Positions 46,100-62,200 of a stretch of 64,000 nucleotides of DNA are shown one piece after another. The notes below the pieces were generated by a model that was not told where the DNA came from, ran no database searches, and was given only the letters and a program-made list of their open reading frames with translations. Position 1 is the stretch's first letter. The number at the start of each line of letters is the position of its first letter. Source of the stretch: Eledone cirrhosa (Eukaryota); NCBI GenBank assembly GCA_964016885.1, contig OZ024744.1, forward strand, positions 110,608,001-110,672,000, given 5' to 3'. Position numbers and translations under genes: made by a program.

Positions 46100-49000
46100 G
46101 AACACAGTAAAACTACACAATCCACTATAACTTAACTGGCCCTGAACACAGTAAAACTACACAATCCACTATAACTTACCTTGCCCTGAACACAGTAAAA
46201 CTACACAATCCACTATAACTTACCATGCCCTGAACACAGTAAAACTACACAATCCACTATAACTTACCTTGCACTGAACACAGTAACACTACACAATCCA
46301 CTATAACTTACTTTGCCCTGAACACATTAAAACTACACAAACCACTATAAATTACCTTGCCCTAAACACAGTAAAACTTTATAATCCACTATAACTTAAC
46401 TGGCACTGAACACATAAAACTACACGATCCACTATAATTTAACTGGCCCTGAACACAGTAAAACTACACAATCCACTATAAGTTACCTTGCTCTGAACAC
46501 AGTAAAACTACACAATCCACTATAACTTAACTGGCCCTGAACACAGTAAAACTACACTATCCACTATAACTTACATGCCCTGAACACAGTAAAACTACAC
46601 AAACCACTATAAATTACCTTGCCCTGAACACGGTAAAACTACACAATCCACTATAATTAACCTTGCCCTGAACACAGTAAAACTACACAATCCACTATAA
46701 CTTACTTTGCCCTGAACACAGTAAAACTACACAATCCACTATAAATTACCTTGCTCTGAACACAGTAAAACTACACAATCCACTATAACTTAACTGGCCC
46801 TGAACACAGTAAAACTGCACAATCCACTATAACTTAACTGGCCCTGAACACAGTAATACTACACAATCCACTATAACTTACTTTGCCCTGAACACAGTAA
46901 AGCAACATAATCCACTATAACCTACCTTGCCCTGATCACAGTAAAACTACACAATCCACTATAACTTATCTTGCACTGAACACAGTAAAACTTCACAATC
47001 CACTATAACTTACCTTGCCCTGAACACAGTAAAACCACACAATCCACTATAAATTACCTTGCACTGAACACAGTAAAATTACACGATCCACTATAACTTA
47101 CTTTGCCCTGAAAACAGTAAAACTACACAATCCACTATAAATTACCTTGCTCTGAACAGAGTAAAACTACACGATCCACTATAACTTAACTGGCCCTGAA
47201 CAGTGTAAAACTACGTAATCCACTATACCTTACCTTGCCCTGAACACAGTAAAACTACACAATCCACTATAGCTTACATTACTCTGAACACAGTAAAACT
47301 ACACAATCCACTATAAATTACCTTGTTCTGTACACAGTAAAACTACACAATCCACTATAGCTTACCTTGCCCTGAAAACAGTAGAACTACACAATCCACT
47401 ATAAATTACCTTGTTCTGAACACAGTAAAACTACACAATCCACTATAACGTACCTTGCTCTGAACACAGTAAAACTACACGATCCACTATAACTTACTTT
47501 GCCATGAACACAGTAAAACTACACAATCCACTATAACTTACCTTGCACTGAACACAGTAAAACTACACAATCCACTATAAATTACCTTGCCCTGAACACA
47601 ATAAAACTACACAATCCACTATAAATTACCTTGCCCTGAACACATTAAAACTACAAAAACCTCTATAAATTACCTTGCTCTAAACACAGTAAAACTTTAT
47701 AATCCACTATAACTTAACTGGCCCTGAACACAGTAAAACTACACAATCCACTATAATTTAACTGGCCCTGAACACAGTAAAACTACACAATCCACTATAA
47801 GTTACCTTGCTCTGAACACAGTAAAACTACACAATCCACTATAACTTGACTGGCCCTGAACACAGTAAAACTACACAATCCACTATATCTTACCTTGCCT
47901 TGAACACAGTAAAACTACACAATCCACTATAACTTACATTGCCCTGAACACAATAAAACTACACAAACCACTATAAATTACCTTGCCCTGAACACAGTAA
48001 AACTACACAATCCACTATAAATTACCTTGCCCTGAACACAGTAAAACTACACAATCCACTATAAATTACCTTGCTTTGAACACAGTAAAACTACACAATC
48101 CACTATAACTTAACTGGCACTGAACTCAGTAACACTACACAATCCACTATAACTTAACTGGCCCTGAACACACTAAACTACAGAATCCACTATAACTTAC
48201 CTTGATCTGAACAAAGGAAACTATACAATCCACTATAACTGAACTGGCCCTTAACACAGTAAAACTACACAATCCACTATAACTTAACTGGCCCTGAACA
48301 CAATAAAATTACACAATCCACTATAACTTAACTGGCCCTGAACACAGTAATACTATACAATCCACTATAACTTAACTGGCCCTGAACACACTAAACTACA
48401 GAATCCACCATAACTTACCTTGCTCTGAACAAAGGAAACTACACAATCCACTATAACTTAACTGGCCCTGAACACAGTAAAACTACACAATCCACTACAA
48501 CTTAACTGGCCCTGAACACAGTAACACTAGACAATCCACTATAACTTAACTGGCCCTGAACACAGTAAAACTACACGATCCACTTTAGCTTACCTTGCCC
48601 TGAAAACAGTAGAACTACACAATCCACTATAAATTACCTTGTTCTGAACACAGTAAAACTACACATTCCACTATAACATACCTTGCTCTGAACACAGTAA
48701 AACTACACAATCCACTATAACTTACCTTGCCTTGAACACAGTAAAACTACACAATCCACTATAACTTACATTGCCCTGAACACAATAAAACTACACAAAC
48801 CACTATAAATTACCTTGCCCTGAACACAGTAAAACTACACAATCCACTATAAATTACCTTGCCCTGAACACAGTAAAACTACACAATCCACTATAACTTT
48901 CTTTGCCCTGAACACAGTAAATCTACACAATCCACTATAACTTAACTGGCCCTGATCACAGTAAAACTACACAATCCACTATAAATTACCTTGCTTTGAA

Positions 49001-52000
49001 CAAGGTAAAACTACACAATCCACTATAACTTAACTGGCACTGAACACAGTAAAACTACACAATCCACTATAACTTAACAGGCCCTGAACACACTAAACTA
49101 CAGAATCCACTATAACTTACCTTGATCTGAACAAAGGAAACTATACAATCCACTATAACTGAACTGGCCCTGAACACAGTAAAACTACACAATCCACTAT
49201 AACTTAACTGGCCCTGAACACAATAAAATTACAGAATCCACTATAACTTAACTGGCCCTGAACACAGTAATACTACACAATCCACTATAACTTAACTGGC
49301 CCTGAACACACTAAACTACAGAATCCACCATAACTTACCTTGCTCTGAACAAAGGAAACTACACAATCTACTATAACTTAACTGGCCCTGAATACAGTAA
49401 AACTACACAATCCACTATAACTTAACTGGCCCTGAACACAGTAAAACTACACAATCCACTATAACTTACCTTACCCTGAACACAGTAAAACTACACAATA
49501 CACTATAACTTACCTTGCACTGAACACAGTAAAACTGCACAATCCACTATAACTTACCTTGCCCTGAACACAGTAAAACTACACAATCCACTATAACTTA
49601 CCTTGCCCTGAACACAGTAAAACTACACAATCCACTATAACTTACCTTGCTCAGAACACAGTAAAACTACACAATCCACTATAACTTAACTGGCCCTGAA
49701 CAGAGTAAAACTACACTATCCACTATAACTTACATTGCCCTGAACACAGTAAAACTACACAAACCACTATAAATTACCTTGCCCAGAACACAGTAAAACT
49801 ACACAATCCACTATAAATTACCTTGCTCTGAACACAGTAAAACTACACAATCCACTATAACTTAACTGGCCCTGAACACAGTAAAACTACACAATCCACT
49901 ATAACTTAAGTGGCCCTGAACGCACTAAACTACAGAATCCACTATAACTTACCTTGCTCTGAACAAAGGAAACTACACAATCCACTATAACTTAACTGGC
50001 CCTGAACACAGTAAAACTACACAATCCACTATAAGTTACCTTGCTCTGAACACAGTAAAACTACACAATCCACTATAACTGAACTAGCCCTGAACACAGT
50101 AAAACTACACAATCCACTATAACTTAACTGGCCCTGAACACAGTAAAACTGCACAATCCACTATAACTTAACTGGCCCTGAACACAGTAATACTACACAA
50201 TCCACTATAACTTAACTGGCCCTGAACACACTAAACTACAGAATCCACCATAACTTACCTTGCTCTGAACAAAGGAAACTACACAATCCACTATAACTTA
50301 ACTGGCCCTGAACACAGTAAAACTACACAATCCACTATAACTCAACTGGCCCTGAACACAGTAAAACTACACAATCCACTATAAGTTACCTTGCTCTGAA
50401 CACAGTAAAACTACACAATCCACTATAACTTAACTGGCCCTGAACACAGTAAAACTACACAATCCACTATAACTTACCTTGCCCTGAACACAGTAAAACT
50501 ACACAATCCACTATAACTTACCTTGCCCTGAACACAGTAAAACTACACAATCCACTATAACTTACCTTGCACTGAACACAGTAACACTACACAATCCACT
50601 ATAACTTACTTTGCCCTGAACACATTAAAACTACACAAACCACTATAAATTACCTTGCCCTAAACACAGTAGAACTTTATAATCCACTATAACTTAACTG
50701 GCACTGAACACATAAAACTACACGATCCACTATAATTTAACTGGCCCTGAACACAGTAAAACTACACAATCCACTATAAGTTACCTTGCTCTGAACACAG
50801 TAAAACTACACAATCCACTATAACTTAACTGGCCCTGAACACAGTAAAACTACACTATCCACTATAACTTACATGCCCTGAACACAGTAAAACTACACAA
50901 ACCACTATAAATTACCTTGCCCTGAACACGGTAAAACTACACAATCCACTATAATTAACCTTGCCCTGAACACAGTAAAACTACACAATCCACTATAACT
51001 TACTTTGCCCTGAACACAGTAAAACTACACAATCCACTATAAATTACCTTGCTCTGAACACAGTAAAACTACACAATCCACTATGACTTAACTGGCCCTG
51101 AACACAGTAAAACTACACAATCCACTATAACTTAACTGGCCCTGAACACAGTAAAACTACACAATCCACTATAACTTACCTTGCCCTGAACACAGTAAAA
51201 CTACACAATCCACTATAACTTACCTTGCCCTGAACACAGTAAAACTACACAATCCACTATAACTTACCTTGCACTGAACACAGTAACACTACACAATCCA
51301 CTATAACTTACTTTGCCCTGAACACATTAAAACTACACAAACCACTATAAATTACCTTGCCCTAAACACAGTAAAACTTTATAATCCACTATAACTTAAC
51401 TGGCACTGAACACATAAAACTACACGATCCACTATAATTTAACTGGCCCTGAACACAGTAAAACTACACAATCCACTATAAGTTACCTTGCTCTGAACAC
51501 AGTAAAACTACACAATCCACTATAACTTAACTGGCCCTGAACACAGTAAAACTACACTATCCACTATAACTTACATGCCCTGAACACAGTAAAACTACAC
51601 AAACCACTATAAATTACCTTGCCCTGAACACGGTAAAACTACACAATCCACTATAATTAACCTTGCCCTGAACACAGTAAAACTACACAATCCACGATAA
51701 CTTACTTTGCCCTGAACACAGTAAAACTACACAATCCACTATAAATTACCTTGCTCTGAACACAGTAAAACTACACAATCCACTATGACTTAACTGGCCC
51801 TGAACACAGTAAAACTACACAATCCACTATAACTGAACTGGCCCTGAACACAGTAAAACTACACAATCCACTATAACTTAACTGGCCCTGAACACAGTAA
51901 AACTGCACAATCCACTATAACTTAACTGGCCCTGAACACAGTAATACTACACAATCCACTATAACTTACTTTGCCCTGAACACAGTAAAGCAACATAATC

Positions 52001-55000
52001 CACTATAACCTACCTTGCCCTGATCACAGTAAAACTACACAATCCACTATAACTTATCTTGCACTGAACACAGTAAAACTTCACAATCCACTATAACTTA
52101 CCTTGCCCTGAACACAGTAAAACCACACAATCCACTATAAATTACCTTGCACTGAACACAGTAAAATTACACGATCCACTATAACTTACTTTGCCCTGAA
52201 AACAGTAAAACTACACAATCCACTATAAATTACCTTGCTCTGAACAGAGTAAAACTACACGATCCACTATAACTTAACTGGCCCTGAACAGTGTAAAACT
52301 ACGTAATCCACTATACCTTACCTTGCCCTGAACACAGTAAAACTACACAATCCACTATAGCTTACATTACTCTGAACACAGTAAAACTACACAATCCACT
52401 ATAAATTACCTTGTTCTGTACACAGTAAAACTACACAATCCACTATAGCTTACCTTGCCCTGAAAACAGTAGAACTACACAATCCACTATAAATTACCTT
52501 GTTCTGAACACAGTAAAACTACACAATCCACTATAACGTACCTTGCTCTGAACACAGTAAAACTACACGATCCACTATAACTTACTTTGCCATGAACACA
52601 GTAAAACTACACAATCCACTATAACTTACCTTGCACTGAACACAGTAAAACTACACAATCCACTATAAATTACCTTGCCCTGAACACAATAAAACTACAC
52701 AATCCACTATAAATTACCTTGCCCTGAACACATTAAAACTACAAAAACCTCTATAAATTACCTTGCTCTAAACACAGTAAAACTTTATAATCCACTATAA
52801 CTTAACTGGCCCTGAACACAGTAAAACTACACAATCCACTATAATTTAACTGGCCCTGAACACAGTAAAACTACACAATCCACTATAAGTTACCTTGCTC
52901 TGAACACAGTAAAACTACACAATCCACTATAACTTGACTGGCCCTGAACACAGTAAAACTACACAATCCACTATATCTTACCTTGCCTTGAACACAGTAA
53001 AACTACACAATCCACTATAACTTACATTGCCCTGAACACAATAAAACTACACAAACCACTATAAATTACCTTGCCCTGAACACAGTAAAACTACACAATC
53101 CACTATAAATTACCTTGCCCTGAACACAGTAAAACTACACAATCCACTATAAATTACCTTGCTTTGAACACAGTAAAACTACACAATCCACTATAACTTA
53201 ACTGGCACTGAACTCAGTAACACTACACAATCCACTATAACTTAACTGGCCCTGAACACACTAAACTACAGAATCCACTATAACTTACCTTGATCTGAAC
53301 AAAGGAAACTATACAATCCACTATAACTGAACTGGCCCTTAACACAGTAAAACTACACAATCCACTATAACTTAACTGGCCCTGAACACAATAAAATTAC
53401 ACAATCCACTATAACTTAACTGGCCCTGAACACAGTAATACTATACAATCCACTATAACTTAACTGGCCCTGAACACACTAAACTACAGAATCCACCATA
53501 ACTTACCTTGCTCTGAACAAAGGAAACTACACAATCCACTATAACTTAACTGGCCCTGAACACAGTAAAACTACACAATCCACTACAACTTAACTGGCCC
53601 TGAACACAGTAACACTAGACAATCCACTATAACTTAACTGGCCCTGAACACAGTAAAACTACACGATCCACTTTAGCTTACCTTGCCCTGAAAACAGTAG
53701 AACTACACAATCCACTATAAATTACCTTGTTCTGAACACAGTAAAACTACACATTCCACTATAACATACCTTGCTCTGAACACAGTAAAACTACACAATC
53801 CACTATAACTTACCTTGCCTTGAACACAGTAAAACTACACAATCCACTATAACTTACATTGCCCTGAACACAATAAAACTACACAAACCACTATAAATTA
53901 CCTTGCCCTGAACACAGTAAAACTACACAATCCACTATAAATTACCTTGCCCTGAACACAGTAAAACTACACAATCCACTATAACTTTTTTTGCCCTGAA
54001 CACAGTAAATCTACACAATCCACTATAACTTAACTGGCCCTGATCACAGTAAAACTACACAATCCACTATAAATTACCTTGCTTTGAACAAGGTAAAACT
54101 ACACAATCCACTATAACTTAACTGGCACTGAACACAGTAAAACTACACAATCCACTATAACTTAACAGGCCCTGAACACACTAAACTACAGAATCCACTA
54201 TAACTTACCTTGATCTGAACAAAGGAAACTATACAATCCACTATAACTGAACTGGCCCTGAACACAGTAAAACTACACAATCCACTATAACTTAACTGGC
54301 CCTGAACACAATAAAATTACAGAATCCACTATAACTTAACTGGCCCTGAACACAGTAATACTACACAATCCACTATAACTTAACTGGCCCTGAACACACT
54401 AAACTACAGAATCCACCATAACTTACCTTGCTCTGAACAAAGGAAACTACACAATCTACTATAACTTAACTGGCCCTGAATACAGTAAAACTACACAATC
54501 CACTATAACTTAACTGGCCCTGAACACAGTAAAACTACACAATCCACTATAACTTACCTTACCCTGAACACAGTAAAACTACACAATACACTATAACTTA
54601 CCTTGCACTGAACACAGTAAAACTGCACAATCCACTATAACTTACCTTGCCCTGAACACAGTAAAACTACACAATCCACTATAACTTACCTTGCCCTGAA
54701 CACAGTAAAACTACACAATCCACTATAACTTACCTTGCTCAGAACACAGTAAAACTACACAATCCACTATAACTTAACTGGCCCTGAACAGAGTAAAACT
54801 ACACTATCCACTATAACTTACATTGCCCTGAACACAGTAAAACTACACAAACCACTATAAATTACCTTGCCCAGAACACAGTAAAACTACACAATCCACT
54901 ATAAATTACCTTGCTCTGAACACAGTAAAACTACACAATCCACTATAACTTAACTGGCCCTGAACACAGTAAAACTACACAATCCACTATAACTTAAGTG

Positions 55001-56250
55001 GCCCTGAACGCACTAAACTACAGAATCCACTATAACTTACCTTGCTCTGAACAAAGGAAACTACACAATCCACTATAACTTAACTGGCCCTGAACACAGT
55101 AAAACTACACAATCCACTATAAGTTACCTTGCTCTGAACACAGTAAAACTACACAATCCACTATAACTGAACTAGCCCTGAACACAGTAAAACTACACAA
55201 TCCACTATAACTTAACTGGCCCTGAACACAGTAAAACTGCACAATCCACTATAATTTAACTGGCCCTGAACACAGTAATACTACACAATCCACTATAACT
55301 TAACTGGCCCTGAACACACTAAACTACAGAATCCACCATAACTTACCTTGCTCTGAACAAAGGAAACTACACAATCCACTATAACTTAACTGGCCCTGAA
55401 CACAGTAAAACTACACAATCCACTACAACTTAACTGGCCCTGAACACAGTAAAACTACACAATCCACTATAACTCAACTGGCCCTGAACACAGTAAAACT
55501 ACACAATCCACTATAAGTTACCTTGCTCTGAACACAGTAAAACTACACAATCCACTATAACTTAACTGGCCCTGAACACAGTAAAACTACACAATCCACT
55601 ATAACTTACCTTGCCCTGAACACAGTAAAACTACACAATCCACTATAACTTACCTTGCCCTGAACACAGTAAAACTACACAATCCACTATAACTTACCTT
55701 GCACTGAACACAGTAACACTACACAATCCACTATAACTTACTTTGCCCTGAACACATTAAAACTACACAAACCACTATAAATTACCTTGCCCTAAACACA
55801 GTAGAACTTTATAATCCACTATAACTTAACTGGCACTGAACACATAAAACTACACGATCCACTATAATTTAACTGGCCCTGAACACAGTAAAACTACACA
55901 ATCCACTATAAGTTACCTTGCTCTGAACACAGTAAAACTACACAATCCACTATAACTTAACTGGCCCTGAACACAGTAAAACTACACTATCCACTATAAC
56001 TTACATGCCCTGAACACAGTAAAACTACACAAACCACTATAAATTACCTTGCACTGAACACGGTAAAACTACACAATCCACTATAATTAACCTTGCCCTG
56101 AACACAGTAAAACTACACAATCCACTATAACTTACTTTGCCCTGAACACAGTAAAACTACACAATCCACTATAAATTACCTTGCTCTGAACACAGTAAAA
56201 CTACACAATCCACTATGACTTAACTGGCCCTGAACACAGTAAAACTACAC
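46100..56250. repeat. Higher-order tandem duplication, period ~5.0-5.13 kb (mostly 5,088 bp)
   Basis: ACATGCCC at 46573/51573. CAGTGTAAAACTACGT at 47201/52289. AAGTGGCCCTGAACGC at 49908/54996. GTAGAACTTTAT at 50669/55801. Confidence 0.88.
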
Positions 56251-59200
56251 AATCCACTATAACTGAACTGGCCCTGAACACAGTAAAACTACACAATCCA
56301 CTATAACTTAACTGGCCCTGAACACAGTAAAACTGCACAATCCACTATAACTTAACTGGCCCTGAACACAGTAATACTACACAATCCACTATAACTTACT
56401 TTGCCCTGAACACAGTAAAGCAACATAATCCACTATAACCTACCTTGCCCTGATCACAGTAAAACTACACAATCCACTATAACTTATCTTGCACTGAACA
56501 CAGTAAAACTTCACAATCCACTATAACTTACCTTGCCCTGAACACAGTAAAACCACACAATCCACTATAAATTACCTTGCACTGAACACAGTAAAATTAC
56601 ACGATCCACTATAACTTACTTTGCCCTGAAAACAGTAAAACTACACAATCCACTATAAATTACCTTGCTCTGAACAGAGTAAAACTACACGATCCACTAT
56701 AACTTAACTGGCCCTGAACAGTGTAAAACTACGTAATCCACTATACCTTACCTTGCCCTGAACACAGTAAAACTACACAATCCACTATAGCTTACATTAC
56801 TCTGAACACAGTAAAACTACACAATCCACTATAAATTACCTTGTTCTGAACACAGTAAAACTACACAATCCACTATAGCTTACCTTGCCCTGAAAACAGT
56901 AGAACTACACAATCCACTATAAATTACCTTGTTCTGAACACAGTAAAACTACACAATCCACTATAACGTACCTTGCTCTGAACACAGTAAAACTACACAA
57001 TCCACTATAACTTACCTTGCACTGAACACAGTAAAACTACACAATCCACTATAAATTACCTTGACCTGAACACAATAAAACTACACAATCCACTATAAAT
57101 TACCTTGCCCTGAACACATTAAAACTACAAAAACCTGTATAAATTACCTTGCTCTAAACACAGTAAAACTTTATAATCCACTATAACTTAACTGGCCCTG
57201 AACACAGTAAAACTACACAATCCACTATAATTTAACTGGCCCTGAACACAGTAAAACTACACAATCCACTATAAGTTACCTTGCTCTGAACACAGTAAAA
57301 CTACACAATCCACTATAACTTGACTGGCCCTGAACACAGTAAAACTACACAATCCACTATATCTTACCTTGCCTTGAACACAGTAAAACTACACAATCCA
57401 CTATAACTTACATTGCCCTGAACACAATAAAACTACACAAACCACTATAAATTACCTTGCCCTGAACACAGTAAAACTACACAATCCACTATAAATTACC
57501 TTGCCCTGAACACAGTAAAACTACACAATCCACTATAAATTACCTTGCTTTGAACACAGTAAAACTACACAATCCACTATAACTTAACTGGCACTGAACT
57601 CAGTAACACTACACAATCCACTATAACTTAACTGGCCCTGAACACAGTAAAACTGCACAATCCACTATAACTTAACTGGCCCTGAACACAGTAATACTAC
57701 ACAATCCACTATAACTTACTTTGCCCTGAACACAGTAAAGCAACATAATCCACTATAACCTACCTTGCCCTGATCACAGTAAAACTACACAATCCACTAT
57801 AACTTATCTTGCACTGAACACAGTAAAACTTCACAATCCACTATAACTTACCTTGCCCTGAACACAAATAAAACCACACAATCCACTATAAATTACCTTG
57901 CACTGAACACAGTAAAATTACACGATCCACTATAACTTACTTTGCCCTGAAAACAGTAAAACTACACAATCCACTATAAATTACCTTGCTCTGAACAGAG
58001 TAAAACTACACGATCCACTATAACTTAACTGGCCCTGAACAGTGTAAAACTACGTAATTCACTATACCTTACCTTGCCCTGAACACAGTAAAACTACACA
58101 ATCCACTATAGCTTACATTACTCTGAACACAGTAAAACTACACAATCCACTATAAATTACCTTGTTCTGAACACAGTAAAACTACACAATCCACTATAGC
58201 TTACCTTGCCCTGAAAACAGTAGAACTACACAATCCACTATAAATTACCTTGTTCTGAACACAGTAAAACTACACAATCCACTATAACGTACCTTGCTCT
58301 GAACACAGTAAAACTACACAATCCACTATAACTTACCTTGCACTGAACACAGTAAAACTACACAATCCACTATAAATTACCTTGCCCTGAACACAATAAA
58401 ACTACACAATCCACTATAAATTACCTTGCCCTGAACACATTAAAACTACAAAAACCTCTATAAATTACCTTGCTCTGAACACAGTAAAACTTTATAATCC
58501 ACTATAACTTAACTGGCCCTGAACACAGTAAAACTACACAATCCACTATAATTTAACTGGCCCTGAACACAGTAAAACTACACAATCCACTATAAGTTAC
58601 CTTGCTCTGAACACAGTAAAACTACACAATCCACTATAACTTGACTGGCCCTGAACACAGTAAAACTACACAATCCACTATATCTTACCTTGCCTTGAAT
58701 ACAGTAAAACTACACAATCCACTATAACTTACATTGCCCTGAACACAATAAAACTACACAAACCACTATAAATTACCTTGCCCTGAACACAGTAAAACTA
58801 CACAATCCACTATAAATTACCTTGCCCTGAACACAGTAAAACTACACAATCCACTATAAATTACCTTGCTTTGAACACAGTAAAACTACACAATCCACTA
58901 TAACTTAACTGGCACTGAACTCAGTAACACTACACAATGCACTATAACTTAACTGGCCCTGAACACACTAAACTACAGAATCCACTATAACTTACCTTGA
59001 TCTGAACAAAGGAAACTATACAATGCACTATAACTTAACTGGCCCTGAACACAATAAAATTACACAATCCACTATAACTTAACTGGCCCTGAACACAGTA
59101 ATACTATACAATCCACTATAACTTAACTGGCCCTGAACACACTAAACTACAGAATCCACCATAACTTACTTTGCTCTGAACAAAGGAAACTACACAATCC

Positions 59201-62200
59201 ACTATAACTTAACTGGCCCTGAACACAGTAAAACTACACAATCCACTACAACTTAACTGGCCCTGAACACAGTAACACTAGACAATCCACTATAACTTAA
59301 CTGGCCCTGAACACAGTAAAACTACACGATCCACTATAAGTTACCTTGCTCTGAACACAGTAAACCTACACAATCCACTATAACTTAACTAGCCCTGAAC
59401 ACAGTAAAACTACACAATCCACTATAACTTACCTTGCCCTGAACACAGTAAAACTACACAATCCACTATAACTTACCTTGCACTGAACACAGTAAAACTA
59501 CACAATCCACTATAACTTACCTTGCACTGAACACAGTAAAACTACACAATCCACTATAACTTACCTTGCCATGAACACAGTAAAACTACACAATCCACTA
59601 TAACTTACCTTGCACTGAACACAGTAAAACTACACAATCCACTATAACTTACCTTGCTCTGAACATAGTAAAACTACACAATCCACTATAACTTAACTGG
59701 CCCTGAACACAGTAAAACTGCACAATCCACTATAACTTAACTGGCCCTGAACACAGTAATACTACACAATCCACTATAACTTAACTGGCCCTGAACACAC
59801 TAAACTACAGAATCCACCATAACTTACCTTGCTCTGAACAAAGGAAACTACACAATCCACTATAACTTAACTGGCCCTGAACACAGTAAAACTACACAAT
59901 CCACTACAACTTAACTGGCCCTGAACACAGTAAAACTACACAATCCACTATAACTCAACTGGCCCTGAACACAGTAAAACTACACAATCCACTATAAGTT
60001 ACCTTGCTCTGAACACAGTAAAACTACACAATCCACTATAACTTAACTGGCCCTGAACACAGTAAAACTACACAATCCACTATAACTTACCTTGCCCTGA
60101 ACACAGTAAAACTACACAATCCACTATAACTTACCTTGCCCTGAACACAGTAAAACTACACAATCCACTATAACTTACCTTGCACTGAACACAGTAACAC
60201 TACACAATCCACTATAACTTACTTTGCCCTGAACACATTAAAACTACACAAACCACTATAAATTACCTTGCCCTAAACACAGTAGAACTTTATAATCCAC
60301 TATAACTTAACTGGCACTGAACACATAAAACTACACGATCCACTATAATTTAACTGGCCCTGAACACAGTAAAACTACACAATCCACTATAAGTTACCTT
60401 GCTCTGAACACAGTAAAACTACACAATCCACTATAACTTAACTGGCCCTGAACACAGTAAAACTACACTATCCACTATAACTTACATGCCCTGAACACAG
60501 TAAAACTACACAAACCACTATAAATTACCTTGCACTGAACACGGTAAAACTACACAATCCACTATAATTAACCTTGCCCTGAACACAGTAAAACTACACA
60601 ATCCACTATAACTTACTTTGCCCTGAACACAGTAAAACTACACAATCCACTATAAATTACCTTGCTCTGAACACAGTAAAACTACACAATCCACTATGAC
60701 TTAACTGGCCCTGAACACAGTAAAACTACACAATCCACTATAACTGAACTGGCCCTGAACACAGTAAAACTACACAATCCACTATAACTTAACTGGCCCT
60801 GAACACAGTAAAACTGCACAATCCACTATAACTTAACTGGCCCTGAACACAGTAATACTACACAATCCACTATAACTTACTTTGCCCTGAACACAGTAAA
60901 GCAACATAATCCACTATAACCTACCTTGCCCTGATCACAGTAAAACTACACAATCCACTATAACTTATCTTGCACTGAACACAGTAAAACTTCACAATCC
61001 ACTATAACTTACCTTGCCCTGAACACAGTAAAACCACACAATCCACTATAAATTACCTTGCACTGAACACAGTAAAATTACACGATCCACTATAACTTAC
61101 TTTGCCCTGAAAACAGTAAAACTACACAATCCACTATAAATTACCTTGCTCTGAACAGAGTAAAACTACACGATCCACTATAACTTAACTGGCCCTGAAC
61201 AGTGTAAAACTACGTAATCCACTATACCTTACCTTGCCCTGAACACAGTAAAACTACACAATCCACTATAGCTTACATTACTCTGAACACAGTAAAACTA
61301 CACAATCCACTATAAATTACCTTGTTCTGAACACAGTAAAACTACACAATCCACTATAGCTTACCTTGCCCTGAAAACAGTAGAACTACACAATCCACTA
61401 TAAATTACCTTGTTCTGAACACAGTAAAACTACACAATCCACTATAACGTACCTTGCTCTGAACACAGTAAAACTACACAATCCACTATAACTTACCTTG
61501 CACTGAACACAGTAAAACTACACAATCCACTATAAATTACCTTGACCTGAACACAATAAAACTACACAATCCACTATAAATTACCTTGCCCTGAACACAT
61601 TAAAACTACAAAAACCTGTATAAATTACCTTGCTCTAAACACAGTAAAACTTTATAATCCACTATAACTTAACTGGCCCTGAACACAGTAAAACTACACA
61701 ATCCACTATAATTTAACTGGCCCTGAACACAGTAAAACTACACAATCCACTATAAGTTACCTTGCTCTGAACACAGTAAAACTACACAATCCACTATAAC
61801 TTGACTGGCCCTGAACACAGTAAAACTACACAATCCACTATATCTTACCTTGCCTTGAACACAGTAAAACTACACAATCCACTATAACTTACATTGCCCT
61901 GAACACAATAAAACTACACAAACCACTATAAATTACCTTGCCCTGAACACAGTAAAACTACACAATCCACTATAAATTACCTTGCCCTGAACACAGTAAA
62001 ACTACACAATCCACTATAAATTACCTTGCTTTGAACACAGTAAAACTACACAATCCACTATAACTTAACTGGCACTGAACTCAGTAACACTACACAATCC
62101 ACTATAACTTAACTGGCCCTGAACACAGTAAAACTGCACAATCCACTATAACTTAACTGGCCCTGAACACAGTAATACTACACAATCCACTATAACTTAC